NCBI GenBank assembly: GCA_038817835.1
Contig: JAWAZI010000002.1
Coordinates: forward strand, 11,831-75,830
From: Candidatus Pacearchaeota archaeon
GTDB taxonomy: Archaea; Nanobdellota; Nanobdellia; Pacearchaeales; JAPDKA01
Direction: 5' to 3'
DNA length: 64,000 nt
Position numbers and translations under genes: made by a program. Below the pieces are notes generated by a model that was not told where the DNA came from, did no database searches, and worked only from the letters and a program-made list of their open reading frames with translations. Shown here one piece after another: positions 62,991 to 64,000 of the stretch. Position 1 is the stretch's first letter, and the number at the start of each line of letters is the position of its first letter.

Positions 62991-64000
62991 ATTTTTAATA
63001 ATTCTTTTGGCTTAATAATTTTTTTGCATATCTTCTCAGAAAATTTTATTTTTGTATTATAAATTTCTTTTATATTTTTCATATTTATTTTTATAAACGT
63101 TGTTGGCCCTTTGCAATGAGCTCTATATTTAGTACTAGTTATATGATCACAGGTTATTATTAATAATACATCTTTTCCTTTTATTTTATTTACTAATTCA
63201 TACAAAAAAAATTTATCTATTTTTTCTATTTCTCTTATTTTTCCTAAAAAATCTCCTCTATGGCTACAGCTATCGGGTCCTTTTATTTGTAAATAAACAT
63301 TTTTTTTATCTAATATTTTGCTAACTTTTTTTGCAAGTTTTTTTAAATTATAATCATATTTTTCAATTTTCATATTCAATATTTTACCTATACCAATTTC
63401 AACTATATTATCACTAATTAAAACCCAATCCTTATAATTATATTTTTCTCTTATTTTATTATACCAGCTGCCAACTTTACTAGCACCCCTAACCAAAATA
63501 GCTAAATTATCTTTTTTTAATATATCTATTATTTTTTCACTTAACTCATTCAATTTTTTTGCAGTAAATTTTGCTTTTTTTGTTATAGCTTTTGATTTTT
63601 TTAAAAAATATTTTTTATTTATAGGTCTTTTCAAAGCTTTACTAAATTTTCCACTATAAATTAAATAAGCAGGATTTGTATTTGTAACTTTATCACTTAG
63701 ATTTTTTCCTTTAAATATTAAAACTGCCCTATAATCTTTAATAAATTTAAAAATAAAGTTTAAACCTATATCAATTTTATTTATTTTATTTTCTATTATT
63801 TTTAATTTTTTTCTATCAACTTTTGCCTCAAAATCTATAATTTGATTTTTTTTGATTTTAGCAAGATTGCATCTGAAGTATATTGCATTTTTTATTAATG
63901 GTAAATCTGCTCCAATTGCCTCAAGAATGCCCCTTCCAGGATAATATTTTAAATTTATACCAAGCAAAGAAAATATTGCTTCATCACTTTCCGGAGCAAA
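62987..64000 (-). CDS. apgM: cofactor-independent phosphoglycerate mutase, archaeal ApgM type (5' end outside window)
   Basis: The frame stays open to the window edge (FAPESDEAIFSLLGINLKYYPGRGILEAIG...). Contains IKGPDSCSHRGDFLGKIREIEKID and ITCDHITS...HCKGP, which are metal-site blocks. Confidence 0.75.
   Translation of the reverse strand, partial: FAPESDEAIFSLLGINLKYYPGRGILEAIGADLPLIKNAIYFRCNLAKIKKNQIIDFEAKVDRKKLKIIENKINKIDIGLNFIFKFIKDYRAVLIFKGKNLSDKVTNTNPAYLIYSGKFSKALKRPINKKYFLKKSKAITKKAKFTAKKLNELSEKIIDILKKDNLAILVRGASKVGSWYNKIREKYNYKDWVLISDNIVEIGIGKILNMKIEKYDYNLKKLAKKVSKILDKKNVYLQIKGPDSCSHRGDFLGKIREIEKIDKFFLYELVNKIKGKDVLLIITCDHITSTKYRAHCKGPTTFIKINMKNIKEIYNTKIKFSEKICKKIIKPKELLKI

Noticed and set aside
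1-64000. CRISPR arrays, rRNA genes, IS elements, and replication-origin (ORB) repeat clusters.
   Set aside because: I scanned all spacers longer than 40 nt and found no regularly spaced direct repeats. There are no rRNA-like GC-rich stretches beyond the six tRNAs and no transposase or orc1/cdc6 gene. Despite many replisome genes (mcm, lig, GINS-like, RFC), nothing supports an origin call here.

Overview
Very AT-rich, extremely gene-dense chromosomal segment. Spacers are mostly 0-60 nt, with many ATGA or TAATG start/stop overlaps. The organism is clearly an archaeon: TBP, TFS, MCM, a GINS-like protein, ATP-dependent DNA ligase, an RFC-L fragment, L15e, L44e, S3Ae, aIF2-alpha, aEF-1beta, RNase J, Taw3, TrmI and PAC2 chaperones are all present. 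The compact, low-GC, biosynthesis-poor content mixed with bacterial-type genes fits a DPANN-like small genome (inference). I support about 75 protein genes and 6 tRNAs, all intron-less GC-rich islands: Arg-TCG, His-GTG, Gly-CCC, Ser-TGA, Val-GAC, Thr-TGT. Three small membrane ORFs are missing from the supplied track. I saw no rRNA, CRISPR array, transposase or integrase. Two loci stand out. (1) 56584-60291 is a run of seven consecutive plus-strand genes whose products all start with a short basic head plus a roughly 20-residue hydrophobic segment, like class III / type IV prepilin signals. One carries a complete AmpD/T7-lysozyme-type peptidoglycan amidase domain, in an organism that should have no murein. 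A membrane-anchored M23 endopeptidase lies at 18993-19778. (2) 29323-38406 is a ten-gene, nearly spacer-free minus-strand block. It starts with orphan receiver domain - acetate kinase - DisA-type diadenylate cyclase - stand-alone DHH/DHHA1 phosphoesterase. It continues through a PKD-domain surface protein into a GTPase / DUF2073 / Zn-ribbon triad plus two uncharacterised genes. Other oddities include a 4-Cys zinc-ribbon insertion in the DNA ligase, a PlsY-like/polyprenol-kinase-like fusion, a split Hef (separate helicase and ERCC4 nuclease), and an Endo IV/xylose-isomerase-like TIM barrel with a large helical insert. There is also a GC-rich 13-bp perfect palindrome upstream of ftsZ. All family assignments come from motif recognition by eye; no searches were run.
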